From Candidatus Curtissbacteria bacterium (GTDB taxonomy: Bacteria; Patescibacteriota; Microgenomatia; Curtissbacterales; GWA2-41-24): a stretch of 64,000 nucleotides of DNA. The notes under the pieces are model-generated. The model made no database searches. It saw nothing but the letters and a program-made list of their open reading frames with translations, and had not been told where the DNA came from. A program made the translations under genes and the position numbers. Of the stretch, positions 8,375 through 18,697 are shown piece by piece. The DNA is taken from assembly GCA_030647775.1 (NCBI GenBank), contig JAUSJC010000010.1:72718-136717 (forward strand), written 5' to 3'. Numbering within the stretch: the first letter of the stretch is position 1; every line of letters starts with the position of its first letter.

Positions 8375-10717
8375 CTAGTGCCCGGGGCTAGGTGAGGGTG
8401 ATGGCGAAGGTGAAGGCGGCGGCGCGCAAGATCCGCAGAAATTCTGCTTAGAATAAGGATCAACAATTACAAACTCTTCCCGCTCTTCGGCGTTTGGCGC
8501 GCCAGCCGCAACAATTTTGTTCGTTACTTTATCTACCCAAACTTTGGCTCGCACAGCAGTCGTTGTTGTCGGTTGGGTTCCGGTCAGGAAATATTCAAAA
8601 CGGCTTGGACATCCGCCGGTAACCGGGCCGCCCGTAAAAGTGCAAATTTGCGCTCCGACAACGCCGGAAGGTACCCTTAATGCTTCATTAACCTTATCTT
8701 TCAAAACAGATTTCATAATATCATTCCAAATCGGCGCGGCACCGGTTATTCCGGATGCCAGGTATTGGCTCATCGGGTGGTTATCGTTATTACCAACCCA
8801 CGTAACTACCAGAAAGCTTGGCGTGTAGCCGATTGTCCAGTTATCACGCTTGTCATCTGTCGTTCCGGTTTTAACGGCCACCGTTTTACCCGGAATTGTC
8901 AAACCGCTGAATGGCCCGAAGGCTGCCGACCTTGCGCCGTTATCCGAAAGTATTGAGGAGATTAAAAACGAAACTTCGCGCGAAAGGACTCTCTTGCCGG
9001 CCTTTGGCTTAAACTCTTCTAGAACTCGGCCATTGGAATCTTCAACTTTTAAAATCGGGGTTAAGTCTTGCCGTACGCCGTCATTGGCAAAAACCCCAAA
9101 GGCCGTTGCCATTTCTGTCATCTTTACTTCACCGCCGCCTAGTGTCAGTGAAAGTCCGTAGCGCGAGGGGTCAGTAAACGTTGTAATCCCCATTTCTCTT
9201 GCCATTTTGATCATATCCTCGACTCCCGAAATTGCCAGCACCTTAACGGCTGGAATGTTATACGAATTGGCAAGGGCAAACCGTACCTGTACCGGGCCGT
9301 GGTATTGCCCGTCGTAATTGACCGGAGTGTAGGGTTTTGTGCCGGCCACGCCAAATGTCGTCGATACATCCATAATCACCGTTGCCGGCGTTATCAACTT
9401 TTTGGAAAGTGCTGTTGCATAATTAATTGGCTTTATTGAAGAACCCGGTTGACGACTGGCAATCGTTACGTTCACATTTCCATCTATCTTCTCGTCAAAA
9501 AAATCTTTCGAACCGACCATTGCCAAAATCTCTCCGGTTGCCGGCCTTGTCACCAGTGCCGCGCCATTAGAAACATCCAGATATTTTACCGCCTCGATAT
9601 TTTTGGCAACCGCCGCTTCGGCTGAAGCCTCGATACCCAAATCTAAAGTTGTCGTTACCTTGAGTCCTCCGTGGGTTGCCACCGCGTCGCCATACTTTTG
9701 TGAAAGCCAGTCTCTTACATACATCACAAAATGCGGCGCTTTTATATCGACCGCCGAGCGTCTAAATTTCAACTCCTCGCCAGCCGCTTTTTCCTCATCC
9801 GCCTTCGTTATATAGTGCTCCTCATACATTCGCGCGAGGACAAACTTTTGCCTTTCAAGCGCCCGCTTTGGGTTTTGCCCGAAAGGTGAATAATAAGTCG
9901 GCGCCGCCGGAAGCCCCGCAAGAAGCGCCGATTCGGCCAAATCCAAATCCTTCAGATCTTTACCAAAATACTGTTGGGCCGCCGCCGATACTCCCCAGGC
10001 CGTTCCGCCATAAGGCACCTGGTTTAAGTACATCTCCAAAATCTTGTCCTTGGAAAACGCTGTTTCTACCCTAAATGCCAAATAAAGTTCCTTAATTTTT
10101 CTGGAAACTGTCCGCTCCGGTGAAAGGAACACACTCTTAACAAGTTGTTGGGTAATTGTCGATCCGCCTTGTACATTCCCCTGAAAAAGCGTTGCCCGCG
10201 CCGCGCGTATTATGCCGTAAACATCAAACCCGCGGTGTTTGTAGAAATCCTTGTCCTCCGTGGCAATCGTCGCCTTCTTTAAATTTTCGGGAACCGCCGA
10301 AAGCGAAACGATTGTCCGGTTCTGGTCCTCGTAAACGTTAAATAAAATCTTACCGTTCCTATCAAAGATTCTTGTCGTTTGCGGAATTTGTCGTGTTTCC
10401 AACTGTTTCGGACTTGGCAAATCACGTGTCAAAAACCAAACACCAAAGACAAGCAGTGCGATGGTCAAAATCCCGACTTTAAAGCTGCGGTCCTTGTAAA
10501 TAAGCGGATGGTGGCCGATCCGGACGAATATTTGCGCTTTCTTGGAAAGGTCGATGTGTACCTTTTCAAAAGCCAGCTCAATACTGTGGGAAATTGACCT
10601 GAAAATCCAAATGGTAACGTCTCCAAAAAAGCTGACCAGGAGAATAAACCAGGTCAGAAAAGAAATGACCGTACCAAAGATTAAGGAGATTAACTTGGCA
10701 AGGGGATTAAAATTCAT
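8375..10717 (-). CDS. Class A penicillin-binding protein (PBP1A; transglycosylase + transpeptidase)
   Basis: EDKDFYKHRGFD / TITQQLVK glycosyltransferase motifs; SSIKP (SxxK), KTGTT transpeptidase motifs; C-terminal (PS)5 repeat. Confidence 0.9.
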   Translation of the reverse strand: MNFNPLAKLISLIFGTVISFLTWFILLVSFFGDVTIWIFRSISHSIELAFEKVHIDLSKKAQIFVRIGHHPLIYKDRSFKVGILTIALLVFGVWFLTRDLPSPKQLETRQIPQTTRIFDRNGKILFNVYEDQNRTIVSLSAVPENLKKATIATEDKDFYKHRGFDVYGIIRAARATLFQGNVQGGSTITQQLVKSVFLSPERTVSRKIKELYLAFRVETAFSKDKILEMYLNQVPYGGTAWGVSAAAQQYFGKDLKDLDLAESALLAGLPAAPTYYSPFGQNPKRALERQKFVLARMYEEHYITKADEEKAAGEELKFRRSAVDIKAPHFVMYVRDWLSQKYGDAVATHGGLKVTTTLDLGIEASAEAAVAKNIEAVKYLDVSNGAALVTRPATGEILAMVGSKDFFDEKIDGNVNVTIASRQPGSSIKPINYATALSKKLITPATVIMDVSTTFGVAGTKPYTPVNYDGQYHGPVQVRFALANSYNIPAVKVLAISGVEDMIKMAREMGITTFTDPSRYGLSLTLGGGEVKMTEMATAFGVFANDGVRQDLTPILKVEDSNGRVLEEFKPKAGKRVLSREVSFLISSILSDNGARSAAFGPFSGLTIPGKTVAVKTGTTDDKRDNWTIGYTPSFLVVTWVGNNDNHPMSQYLASGITGAAPIWNDIMKSVLKDKVNEALRVPSGVVGAQICTFTGGPVTGGCPSRFEYFLTGTQPTTTTAVRAKVWVDKVTNKIVAAGAPNAEEREEFVIVDPYSKQNFCGSCAPPPSPSPSPSPSPGH

Positions 10718-10815
10718 TGAAGCAAGTATAAGCGAAATTCTACCTTAATAAAACCCTTTTTCAAGATGTAAAATTATTTGACAGCAGTATCCCGACGCCT
10801 TAAACTCGCATATAT

Positions 10816-11283
10816 ATGGCGGAAATTATTGAAAAGCGCGGGCCAATAGAAAAAACCCAAAAAGGCTGGCCCATTAACCCCCTCGGCGTTGTTGTCCTGA
10901 TAATTTTAGGGCTTATCATTGCTTTTTTAATCGCCAAACCATTGCTTTCGCGCAGTTTATCTGGCGCCAAACCTGCAGTCGTGGCCCAGATCGCTGCACC
11001 CCAAGCGGGACAAATTGTAAAAGGCGATAAATTGGGAGTAGAACTTTCTGTTGACAATGCTTCTAAAGTTGCCAAAATCCAGTTTTGGGCCAAAACTTAT
11101 GTCGATAACAAATGGGAAATAATCGGCGAGGTCTCCACTTTCCCGTTTAAAATCGAATGGGTAGTGCCTTCAAATTATCAAAATAAAGCCGTTGCCGTTA
11201 CCGCCCACATTTATCTCAAAGACGGCAACGTTATAAGCGACCCCGGCGGCTGGCGCGAGGGGATAATTATCCTCCAACCCTAA
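10816..11283 (+). CDS. Hypothetical membrane-anchored protein
   Basis: 155 aa, single N-terminal TM then beta-rich domain; no recognisable family. Confidence 0.4.
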   Translation: MAEIIEKRGPIEKTQKGWPINPLGVVVLIILGLIIAFLIAKPLLSRSLSGAKPAVVAQIAAPQAGQIVKGDKLGVELSVDNASKVAKIQFWAKTYVDNKWEIIGEVSTFPFKIEWVVPSNYQNKAVAVTAHIYLKDGNVISDPGGWREGIIILQP

Positions 11284-12401
11284 TGTACAACAAGGGATTC
11301 AGAAAACTTCTTGTCTTTTACTTCGCGTTTTTACTATTTGTTACTTTTAGTAAATCAACTCTGCCGACATATTATTTGGAGAACGGTTTTTCTTATCGGG
11401 AGATTATTTTTGGTATTTTCTTAATCTTCTGTTCCCAGATAATCGCTTTATTAACAGTCAAGAAGTTATCCTCGCGAACCTCTTGGTATTTGGCTCTGAT
11501 TACTTTCCTCACCTTTATTTTATTAATAATCAAAATTATGAACCCAGTTCAGTTCTACGTGGCCCTTTTTATTAGTGGTCTCTACCTGTTTTTCTTTTTC
11601 GTCTTTTACAATATTGCCCATTTTGAATACACCAAAAGGGAGAAAATAGGTGAGAGTTCCGCACTAATGTTTAGCTTCGGCCCTATCATTAGTATTCTTG
11701 CCCCGCTTCTTGCGGGCTTTTTTGCACGAGTTAATATTTCCCTTAACTGGTTATTCTCTGTTTGTCTTTTCCTAATCTGTATCCTTCTTGTTAAAAGCCA
11801 GAAGGATTTTTATTTAAAGTTCGAAACAAAAGCCTCTTTACAGTATATAAAACCAACGAGATCCTTTATTTTCATCGGAGGAATCTGGGAAGCTCTGGTT
11901 CTGGGGATTATTCCTGTTTATACCCTATTCTTCATTAAAACGCCTTTAAATTATGGTATTTTTCTTTCGTACCTCGGCGTGATTGCAGTTGTGTCCAATT
12001 TGCTTTTCGGCAGGTTTACCGACCGGATCCAAAAAAGATCAGTATTTCTTTATCCGATAACTCTAGCTATTGCTCTGGTGACCTTTTTATTTGTTCTTGC
12101 TGCAAAAAATATTTATCTCTGGATAATTTTAGCCGGAACTATCAGTTTTCTTCTGCCGTTTTTTTGGAACGTATCAACAGCAATGATTGTTGACGCTCAT
12201 GAAAATCTAAGGATGGCTATACCGGCTAGGGAATTAACCTTAGGGAGCGGTAGAGCCATTGGTTTATTGATCGTATTTTTGAGTTTTTTTGTAGAAAAAT
12301 CCCCCAAATATATTTTCATTTTCTTGGGATTTGTTATGCTACTTTACCCCCTGAATCTCTACTGGAACACCAAGATAAAAAAGAAGTATCAATATTTATA
12401 A
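11283..12401 (+). CDS. Polytopic membrane protein, MFS-like transporter (tentative)
   Basis: 372 aa, ~10-12 predicted TM helices; start overlaps upstream stop (TAATG). Confidence 0.4.
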   Translation: MYNKGFRKLLVFYFAFLLFVTFSKSTLPTYYLENGFSYREIIFGIFLIFCSQIIALLTVKKLSSRTSWYLALITFLTFILLIIKIMNPVQFYVALFISGLYLFFFFVFYNIAHFEYTKREKIGESSALMFSFGPIISILAPLLAGFFARVNISLNWLFSVCLFLICILLVKSQKDFYLKFETKASLQYIKPTRSFIFIGGIWEALVLGIIPVYTLFFIKTPLNYGIFLSYLGVIAVVSNLLFGRFTDRIQKRSVFLYPITLAIALVTFLFVLAAKNIYLWIILAGTISFLLPFFWNVSTAMIVDAHENLRMAIPARELTLGSGRAIGLLIVFLSFFVEKSPKYIFIFLGFVMLLYPLNLYWNTKIKKKYQYL

Positions 12402-12427
12402 AAAATATCGAAACTCTTAATTCTAAT

Positions 12428-12820
12428 CTATTTCTTCCCCAAATAGCTCCAAAAAGCAAAAAGCCCAACGGCTAAAATCACCCCAAATAAATTAAACAGA
12501 TTTAAAACCTGCGAGGCGGTGAGTTGGGCAACCGAAGCCACAAAAAGTGCCACGAAAAACGCCATTTTAAACGAAGTTTTAAAGTACCAACTCGGGTCAT
12601 AGCGCTTATAAAACTTTGTCCTTACAAAATAAAGCAAGCACCCAAGACCGCAAAATACAAAAGTAAATAAAAGTGCGTCAAAACCCGCGAAAATATACCA
12701 AGGCGCTTTTTGCGGGTCAAAAACCGTCACGATCCAGGCAATCCCAAAAAGCGAAGCGAATGCGGCGAGAAATGTAAAAGGCAAAAGTTGATGCATAAAT
12801 ATATTGTAACCCAGCTCCGT
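12428..12820 (-). CDS. Small hypothetical membrane protein
   Basis: 4 TM helices; ORF-track N-terminus (MPAGRSLA) is read-through of a palindromic repeat; likely start MTELGYN. Confidence 0.35.
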   Translation of the reverse strand, partial: TELGYNIFMHQLLPFTFLAAFASLFGIAWIVTVFDPQKAPWYIFAGFDALLFTFVFCGLGCLLYFVRTKFYKRYDPSWYFKTSFKMAFFVALFVASVAQLTASQVLNLFNLFGVILAVGLFAFWSYLGKK

Positions 12821-12925
12821 CATTGCGAGCGACCTGCCTGCCGGCAAGGCAGGAGCGAAGCAATCTCAAACAAGAAAGATTGCTTCGTCGCCCTGAGCGA
12901 AGTCGAAGGGCTCCTCGCAATGACA
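12821..12925. repeat. Composite palindromic element GTCATTGCGAG-[CCTGCCTGCCGGCAAGGCAGG]-GAGCGAAGCAATCTC...GATTGCTTCG-[CCCTGAGCGAAGTCGAAGGG]-CTCCTCGCAATGAC
   Basis: Outer inverted repeat GTCATTGCGAG/CTCGCAATGAC; related copies 17745-17800, 48601-48690, 19721-19803. Confidence 0.8.
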
Positions 12926-12979
12926 TCTGATAGGTTCTCGACTTCGCTCGAACGATATTCTTATGCTAAAATCCGCTAG

Positions 12980-13984
12980 ATGACTCCCCAAACAACCATC
13001 TTCATCATCGCTGCATTGGTTATTGTGTCTTTTGCAGCCTTGTATCTCCAAATTAAAAAACTCAGCGAGCCGAAACAAAAGGACGAGACAACCGACCTTT
13101 TGATGAAACTCATCAAACAAATTCAGGAATCTTCAGATAAAACCACCCAGATGACGCAAAAACAGCTGGCCGAAACGACCCGCTCACTCAATGAACGTTT
13201 AGATAAGGCCGCGCAGGTTATCTCCGGCGTTTCCAAATCCGTCGGCGAAATGACCGAACTCGGCCGCAGCATGAAAGACCTCCAGGAATTTTTGCGCTCG
13301 CCCAAAATGCGCGGACAAATGGGGGAGGCAGTCTTAAAAGATATGCTGGGTCAAGCCCTACCAAAGCAAAATTTCCACCTGCAATACGCTTTTAAATCCG
13401 GTGAAATTGTCGATGCCGCCCTAAAGCTCGAGCAGGGGATAATCCCGATCGACGCCAAATTCCCGATGGAAAATTTCCGCAAAATGGCCAAAACCGATGA
13501 CGAAAAAGAAAGGGAAGCAATAAGGAAACTTTTTATTGGCGACGTCAAAAAACATATCGACGCCATTTCCAGCAAGTACATTCGTCCCCAAGAAGGCACT
13601 TTGGATTTTGCGCTAATGTATATTCCGGCAGAACCCGTTTACTACGAAATCCTAACTAACTCGCCGGAGTTGGACGAATACGCTTACCAAAAACGCGTTC
13701 GTCCCGTATCACCCAATACTTTATACGCCTATCTGCGCGCCATCATCATGTCACTCGAAGGATCAAAGATAGAAGCCCAAGCGGGGCAAATCCTGGCGGC
13801 GCTTCGCGAAATCGGTGCCGAAACAAATAAGTTTGGAGAATCTTTGGCGCTTTTAACCAAACACATTAAAAACGCTTCCGCCACCACCGATGACGTCAAC
13901 ACCCGTTTTTCGCGCCTGTCTTCCCGTATTTCCTCTGTCCAGTCAATCGAAGCCAAGAAAGTAAAAGTATTAAAAGAAAAGTGA
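12980..13984 (+). CDS. rmuC: DNA recombination protein RmuC
   Basis: N-terminal TM, long coiled coil, conserved DFALMYIPAEPVYYE region typical of RmuC. Confidence 0.7.
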   Translation: MTPQTTIFIIAALVIVSFAALYLQIKKLSEPKQKDETTDLLMKLIKQIQESSDKTTQMTQKQLAETTRSLNERLDKAAQVISGVSKSVGEMTELGRSMKDLQEFLRSPKMRGQMGEAVLKDMLGQALPKQNFHLQYAFKSGEIVDAALKLEQGIIPIDAKFPMENFRKMAKTDDEKEREAIRKLFIGDVKKHIDAISSKYIRPQEGTLDFALMYIPAEPVYYEILTNSPELDEYAYQKRVRPVSPNTLYAYLRAIIMSLEGSKIEAQAGQILAALREIGAETNKFGESLALLTKHIKNASATTDDVNTRFSRLSSRISSVQSIEAKKVKVLKEK

Positions 13985-14667
13985 CAGACCTTTCCAATAT
14001 CCGCTACATAATCTCCGATTGGGACGGAACGCTTTCCGATTCATGGCCAGATTATTTGGCCGCCTTCTGTAAATTGATGGAAGAAAAATTCGGGGTCGAT
14101 CCTGATAAAAGCAAACAGTATTACAATTTTACTGCAGGCGCCGCCTTATCAAACCAAATCAAAGAAGCGGCCCAAAAATTTGCTAACACCACTGTCGAAG
14201 ATACTATTGAACTGGAAAATCTATTCTGGAAATATCAAAAAGATTTACCCGCGCCTCCCGTCATAAACGGTGCGTCTCAAGCGCTCCAAGAGCTTAAAAA
14301 CAAAGGTTATAAAATTGTTGTCTGGTCTGGAACCCGAAGCGATATATTGGTGGACAGATTAGTTAAAACTGACCTCGACAAATTCATAGATTTCTCTATC
14401 GGCAACGTTCCTGGTAGTAGCACCCAGGTTAAAGGGCAAGGACTTTTTGCGGAAATTGCCAAACATCTCAATATTTCAACAGATGAACTTCGTCAAAAAG
14501 CAGTAGTAATCGGTGACGGAACCGGCGATATAAAGGCAGGGAGAGAAGTAGGATGTCCTACAATTGGTATTCCCAAAAAGCCGGAAGACGGAAAAGTTCT
14601 AGAAACCGCCGGCGCAGATTTTGTTATCCAATCGATCAAAGATTTACCAAGTCTTCTAACAAAGTAG
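13981..14667 (+). CDS. HAD-superfamily hydrolase (phosphatase)
   Basis: DWDGTL (DxDGT) motif I, VIGDGTGDIKAG motif IV; GTG start overlapping rmuC stop. Confidence 0.75.
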   Translation: MTDLSNIRYIISDWDGTLSDSWPDYLAAFCKLMEEKFGVDPDKSKQYYNFTAGAALSNQIKEAAQKFANTTVEDTIELENLFWKYQKDLPAPPVINGASQALQELKNKGYKIVVWSGTRSDILVDRLVKTDLDKFIDFSIGNVPGSSTQVKGQGLFAEIAKHLNISTDELRQKAVVIGDGTGDIKAGREVGCPTIGIPKKPEDGKVLETAGADFVIQSIKDLPSLLTK

Positions 14668-14687
14668 TCTCGTGCTAAAATGTCGGC

Positions 14688-17600
14688 GTGTCCAGTGTTC
14701 TCAAAGATTTAAATCCCGAACAACTTAAAGCCGTAACCACGACCGTTGGCCCGCTACTTATAATCGCCGGGGCCGGAACCGGCAAAACCGCCGTCATCGC
14801 TCACAGGATCGCCGCGATTATCGAAAAAAAACTGGCCAAGCCCTCCGAAATTCTGGCGCTAACATTTACCGACAAAGCCGCCGGCGAAATGGAAGAGCGC
14901 GTCGACATTTTAGTCCCTTACGGTTTTATCGATACCTGGATTTCTACCTTCCACGCTTTTGGCGACAGGATCCTGCGCGACAACGCCCTGGATATTGGCC
15001 TGACCCCCGATTTCAAAGTCCTTTCCCGCCCCCAGCAGGTTTTATTTTTCCAGCAAAACCTCTTTCGTTTTCAACTCGATTATTTCCGCCCGCTTTCCAA
15101 CCCCACCAAATTTATCTCCTCCATTCTTTCTTTTTTCTCCCGCTTAAAAGACGAAAACGTCAGCCCTGAGGAATTTCGGAAGTACGCTAAACGACTAATG
15201 ACCAGCGCCAAAGATCAAGAATCGAAAATCGAGGCCAAGAAGTACCAAGAGCTTGCTCAAGCCTTTGAATCTTACGAACGTTTCAAAGAAGAAGCCGGTT
15301 TTTTGGATTTTGGCGATCAGGTTGTTAAAGCAATTGAGCTATTTAAAAAGCGCCCCAAAATTCTGGCAAATTACCAAGACCAGTTTAAATATATTTTGGT
15401 TGACGAATATCAGGACACCAACTTTGCCCAAAACGAATTGGTTAAACTATTGGCCGCCCGCCACAAAAACATTTGCGTCGTCGGCGACGATGACCAATCA
15501 ATTTACAAATTCCGCGGCGCGGCAATTTCCAATATTTTGGAATTTAAAAAAACTTTCCCAAAAGCCGTGCAGGTTGTCCTTACCCAAAACTACCGTTCCA
15601 CCCAGGCAATTTTGGACAGCGCTTATAAATTGATCCGCCACAACGACCCGGATCGCTTGGAAGTCCAAAATAAAATCGACAAAAAATTGAAATCAACTGG
15701 CGGCCAGGGTATTCCGCCGCAGGAAATTTTTGCCGACACTATTTCCGAAGAAGCCGACGCGGTCGCCGGCGAAATCGAAAAGTTAATGGCAAAAAGCGTT
15801 AGTCGTTCGCCTGCCTTGCCGGCCGGCAGGTCGTTAGTCGTTAGTCGATATTCATACCGCGACTTTGCCATTCTGGTCCGCGCCAACTCCCAGGCCGATC
15901 ATTTTCTGCGGGCCCTAAACATGAAAGGCATTCCCCATAAGTTTGTCGGTTCATCCGGTCTTTACCAGCAGCCCGAGGTCAATCTTCTGATTTCTTTTCT
16001 AACTGCCATTTCTAACTTTGAAGATAGTCTGAACCTTTTTAACCTCATGACTTCCGAAATTTACGAAATGCCGGCTATCGACGCCATCAAATTAACTTCC
16101 TGGGCCAAACGTAAAAACCGTTCGCTTTTTTATATCCTTAAGAGTTTAGGGTCCGACCCTCAACCAAAAAAAGATGAAGCGTTTGAAAAGGGTCGGACCC
16201 TTGACGGCTTGGATATTTCCGGCGAATCAAAAGCCGTTGTCGAAAAACTGATTGAAGACCTAAAAGAATCAATCGAACTTTCCAAATCCCAAACTGCCGG
16301 CCGTGTGCTCTACAAATTCCTGGAAGGTGCCGGTTATCTCAAAAAGCTGGAACGTCAAAATGGAGTAGATTCTCAAATCAAAATCCAAAACATCGCCAAG
16401 TTTTTCGATAAAGTCAAAGAATTTGAAAACGTCGCCAGCCCGACATCGCCTAACGGCTCAGCGTTTGGCGGGCGGGCCAAAGTCCACACCGTTTCCCAGT
16501 TTGTCGATTATCTGGAAGCAATCCGCGGTGCCGGCGACGACCCGGCGACAGTGGAATTTGACCCGGAGACGGATGCCGTCAATGTCATGACCGTTCACGG
16601 GGCCAAAGGTCTGGAATTTCCGGTAGTTTTTATGGTCAACCTTGTTGCCGACCGTTTTCCGGTCCGTTCCCGCTCCGACGCCATCGAGGTTCCCCAAGGT
16701 CTCATTCGCGAAACTTTGCCGCAAGGAGATTGGCACCTACAGGAAGAGCGCCGCCTTTTTTATGTCGGGGCCACCCGCGCCAAAAATCTTCTCTATTTTT
16801 CCTGGTCCCGTGATGTCGGCGGCTTGCGCGCCAAGAAAATCTCCCCGTTTGTTTTGGAAGTTCTCGACAAAGCCAAATCAACAGCCGACCTTATAAAACT
16901 TTCACCGCTTGAAAAAATCGAAAAATTCGCCCCCGCCCCTCCGCGTACGACTCAACAAGTCATGTTCGATGTCGATGTCCTAAAGCTCACCCAGGGGTCA
17001 ATCGATGATTACTTAACGTGCGCCTACAAATACCGCTATATCCACATCTTGCGCATTCCCATTCTCCGCCACCACGCCATTGCCTACGGCGCGGCTCTTC
17101 ACAGTGCCGTCGGTGCTTTTCTGACATCTAAGAAAAATGGCCGCATGCTGACCATTGCCCAAACTCTGGAAGTTTTTGAAAACGCTTGGGATAGCGAAGG
17201 ATTTTTGACAATCGAACATGAAGAAAAAAGAAAAGCCGCCGGTAAACTGGCGCTGGAAAGTTTATGGAAACGCGAATCAAAAGACCCTAAACTGCCGACT
17301 CTTATCGAATCAAAATTTAATTTTTCGTTAAAAGAAGTAACAATAGTTGGCCGTTTTGATCGGGTCGATATCGGGCCCGGATCCAAAGTTCACATCATTG
17401 ATTACAAATCCTCCGAAAATATGGATCAGGAAAAGGCAAACGCCCAAGCCAAGCAGTCAAATCAATTGGCAATCTACGCTCTTTATTACTGGAAGCGCCA
17501 CAAAATTATTCCCGAAAAGTTAACGCTCCACTTTTTAGAAAACGGGGTAGAGGGAAGTTACACACCAACCGAAAAGGATTTGGAAAAAGTTGAAAAATTA

Positions 17601-17741
17601 ATACTCGATACCGCCGAAAACATCCGCGCCGACAGCAAAAATAATGCTTTTGCCGCCAAACCCAAGTATTTCGGCCGCGAACCGGCTTGTGTCTACTGTG
17701 CATACAACACAATCTGTCCATTCTCTCTGGCCAAAGTCTAA
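14688..17741 (+). CDS. UvrD/PcrA-family SF1 helicase fused to C-terminal PD-(D/E)xK nuclease with Cys-cluster (AddA/AdnB-like helicase-nuclease)
   Basis: Walker A AGAGTGKT, motifs through VHGAKGLEFP...; C-terminal ...CAYKYRYIHIL...IIDYKSS...CVYCAYNTICPF; contains in-frame repeat-derived segments at 15810-15830 and 16147-16206. Confidence 0.8.
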   Translation: MSSVLKDLNPEQLKAVTTTVGPLLIIAGAGTGKTAVIAHRIAAIIEKKLAKPSEILALTFTDKAAGEMEERVDILVPYGFIDTWISTFHAFGDRILRDNALDIGLTPDFKVLSRPQQVLFFQQNLFRFQLDYFRPLSNPTKFISSILSFFSRLKDENVSPEEFRKYAKRLMTSAKDQESKIEAKKYQELAQAFESYERFKEEAGFLDFGDQVVKAIELFKKRPKILANYQDQFKYILVDEYQDTNFAQNELVKLLAARHKNICVVGDDDQSIYKFRGAAISNILEFKKTFPKAVQVVLTQNYRSTQAILDSAYKLIRHNDPDRLEVQNKIDKKLKSTGGQGIPPQEIFADTISEEADAVAGEIEKLMAKSVSRSPALPAGRSLVVSRYSYRDFAILVRANSQADHFLRALNMKGIPHKFVGSSGLYQQPEVNLLISFLTAISNFEDSLNLFNLMTSEIYEMPAIDAIKLTSWAKRKNRSLFYILKSLGSDPQPKKDEAFEKGRTLDGLDISGESKAVVEKLIEDLKESIELSKSQTAGRVLYKFLEGAGYLKKLERQNGVDSQIKIQNIAKFFDKVKEFENVASPTSPNGSAFGGRAKVHTVSQFVDYLEAIRGAGDDPATVEFDPETDAVNVMTVHGAKGLEFPVVFMVNLVADRFPVRSRSDAIEVPQGLIRETLPQGDWHLQEERRLFYVGATRAKNLLYFSWSRDVGGLRAKKISPFVLEVLDKAKSTADLIKLSPLEKIEKFAPAPPRTTQQVMFDVDVLKLTQGSIDDYLTCAYKYRYIHILRIPILRHHAIAYGAALHSAVGAFLTSKKNGRMLTIAQTLEVFENAWDSEGFLTIEHEEKRKAAGKLALESLWKRESKDPKLPTLIESKFNFSLKEVTIVGRFDRVDIGPGSKVHIIDYKSSENMDQEKANAQAKQSNQLAIYALYYWKRHKIIPEKLTLHFLENGVEGSYTPTEKDLEKVEKLILDTAENIRADSKNNAFAAKPKYFGREPACVYCAYNTICPFSLAKV

Positions 17742-17744
17742 CCC

Positions 17745-17858
17745 CCGCCTGTCATTGCGAGGAGTTCTGCATTGCAGAACGACGAAGCAATCTCTTCATA
17801 ACCGTCATTCCGAACTTGTTTCGGAATCTAGATCCTGAAATAAATTCAGGATGACAGT
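17745..17858. repeat. Two adjacent palindromic elements (GTCATTGCGAGGAGTTCTGCATTGCAGAACGACGAAGCAATCTC and GTCATTCCGAACTTGTTTCGGAATCTAGATCCTGAAATAAATTCAGGATGAC)
   Basis: Direct reading. Confidence 0.85.
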
Positions 17859-17881
17859 AACAGTTGTATAATCAATTCACA

Positions 17882-18553
17882 ATGCAAAAACGCGGAATTA
17901 TCCTCCCACTAATCCTTATCGCAATACTCGCCATTGCCGGTTTAATCGCCCTCGGAATCTCTATTGGCAAAAAATCCTCCGGCCCAACAGCGACAAATCC
18001 GGTTGTTACAGTTCAAGCCTCACCCGTTCCATCTCCATCTCCAGATGAAACTGCAAATTGGAAAACATACACCAATAATCTTGTAAAGTTCTCTCTCAAG
18101 CTTCCGACGGATATAGAAGTAGTAGGAATAGGTATAGGGCCACCAGCGGCAATTGATGCAAGCGAAGTCATAATTTGTAGAGGTTGCAATAATTCCGTAG
18201 ACCCAGCAAAGACGCCTCTAATCTATATCCGGACGACTGAACTAAAATACACAATTTTCAAAGACATGGCTTTTTCTGGTATCGTGAAACAAAATTATGA
18301 TGCCAACATTGCCAATAAAAATAGCACCAAATCCGTTATTAAGCCACTGCAACAAATTACTTTTGCAGGAGAGCCGGCCTTTACTTATACTTTGGATAGC
18401 TCAGGCTACAGTGGCAAATATGACGGCTTTACGACTTATTCAGGCATAAACAAAATCATTGAGGTTCAACGTAATGGAATCTTTTATGTTTTTATTTATG
18501 TGCAAGATTCGACTTTTGACCAAATCCTCTCCACCTTCAGGTTCACGCAATAG
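17882..18553 (+). CDS. Secreted/membrane-anchored protein, paralog B (contains SPSPSP linker)
   Basis: Starts MQKRGIILPL...; TTGTATAAT 10 nt upstream suggests leaderless start (ORF track start 17864 is TTG inside the -10 box); C-terminal QILSTFRFTQ. Confidence 0.6.
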   Translation: MQKRGIILPLILIAILAIAGLIALGISIGKKSSGPTATNPVVTVQASPVPSPSPDETANWKTYTNNLVKFSLKLPTDIEVVGIGIGPPAAIDASEVIICRGCNNSVDPAKTPLIYIRTTELKYTIFKDMAFSGIVKQNYDANIANKNSTKSVIKPLQQITFAGEPAFTYTLDSSGYSGKYDGFTTYSGINKIIEVQRNGIFYVFIYVQDSTFDQILSTFRFTQ

Positions 18554-18555
18554 AG

Positions 18556-18660
18556 ATTGCTTCGCTTAGAGTTTCCGACTTCGCTCGCAATGACATAATT
18601 AGTTAGTTCTCGACTCGTTCTGCAATGCAGAACTTGCTCGAACAATATTGTTCGACTTTA
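18556..18660. repeat. Composite repeat (GAGATTGCTTCGCTTAG..CTCGCAATGAC + TTAGTTCTCGACTCGTTCTGCAATGCAGAACTTGCTCGAACAATA)
   Basis: Near-identical copy at 19246-19330 (tandem duplication of gene+repeat). Confidence 0.85.
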
Positions 18661-18697
18661 TGGAGAACCTCCTCTATAAAAGTGCTATCATAAATCA

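Noticed and set aside
17864-17881. TTG start (MYNQFT...) for paralog B and ATG 26259 start for trxA
   Set aside because: Both upstream extensions read through the TATAAT -10 boxes (TTGTATAAT; CTGTATATAAT). Paralog alignment and the thioredoxin fold start support the downstream ATGs.
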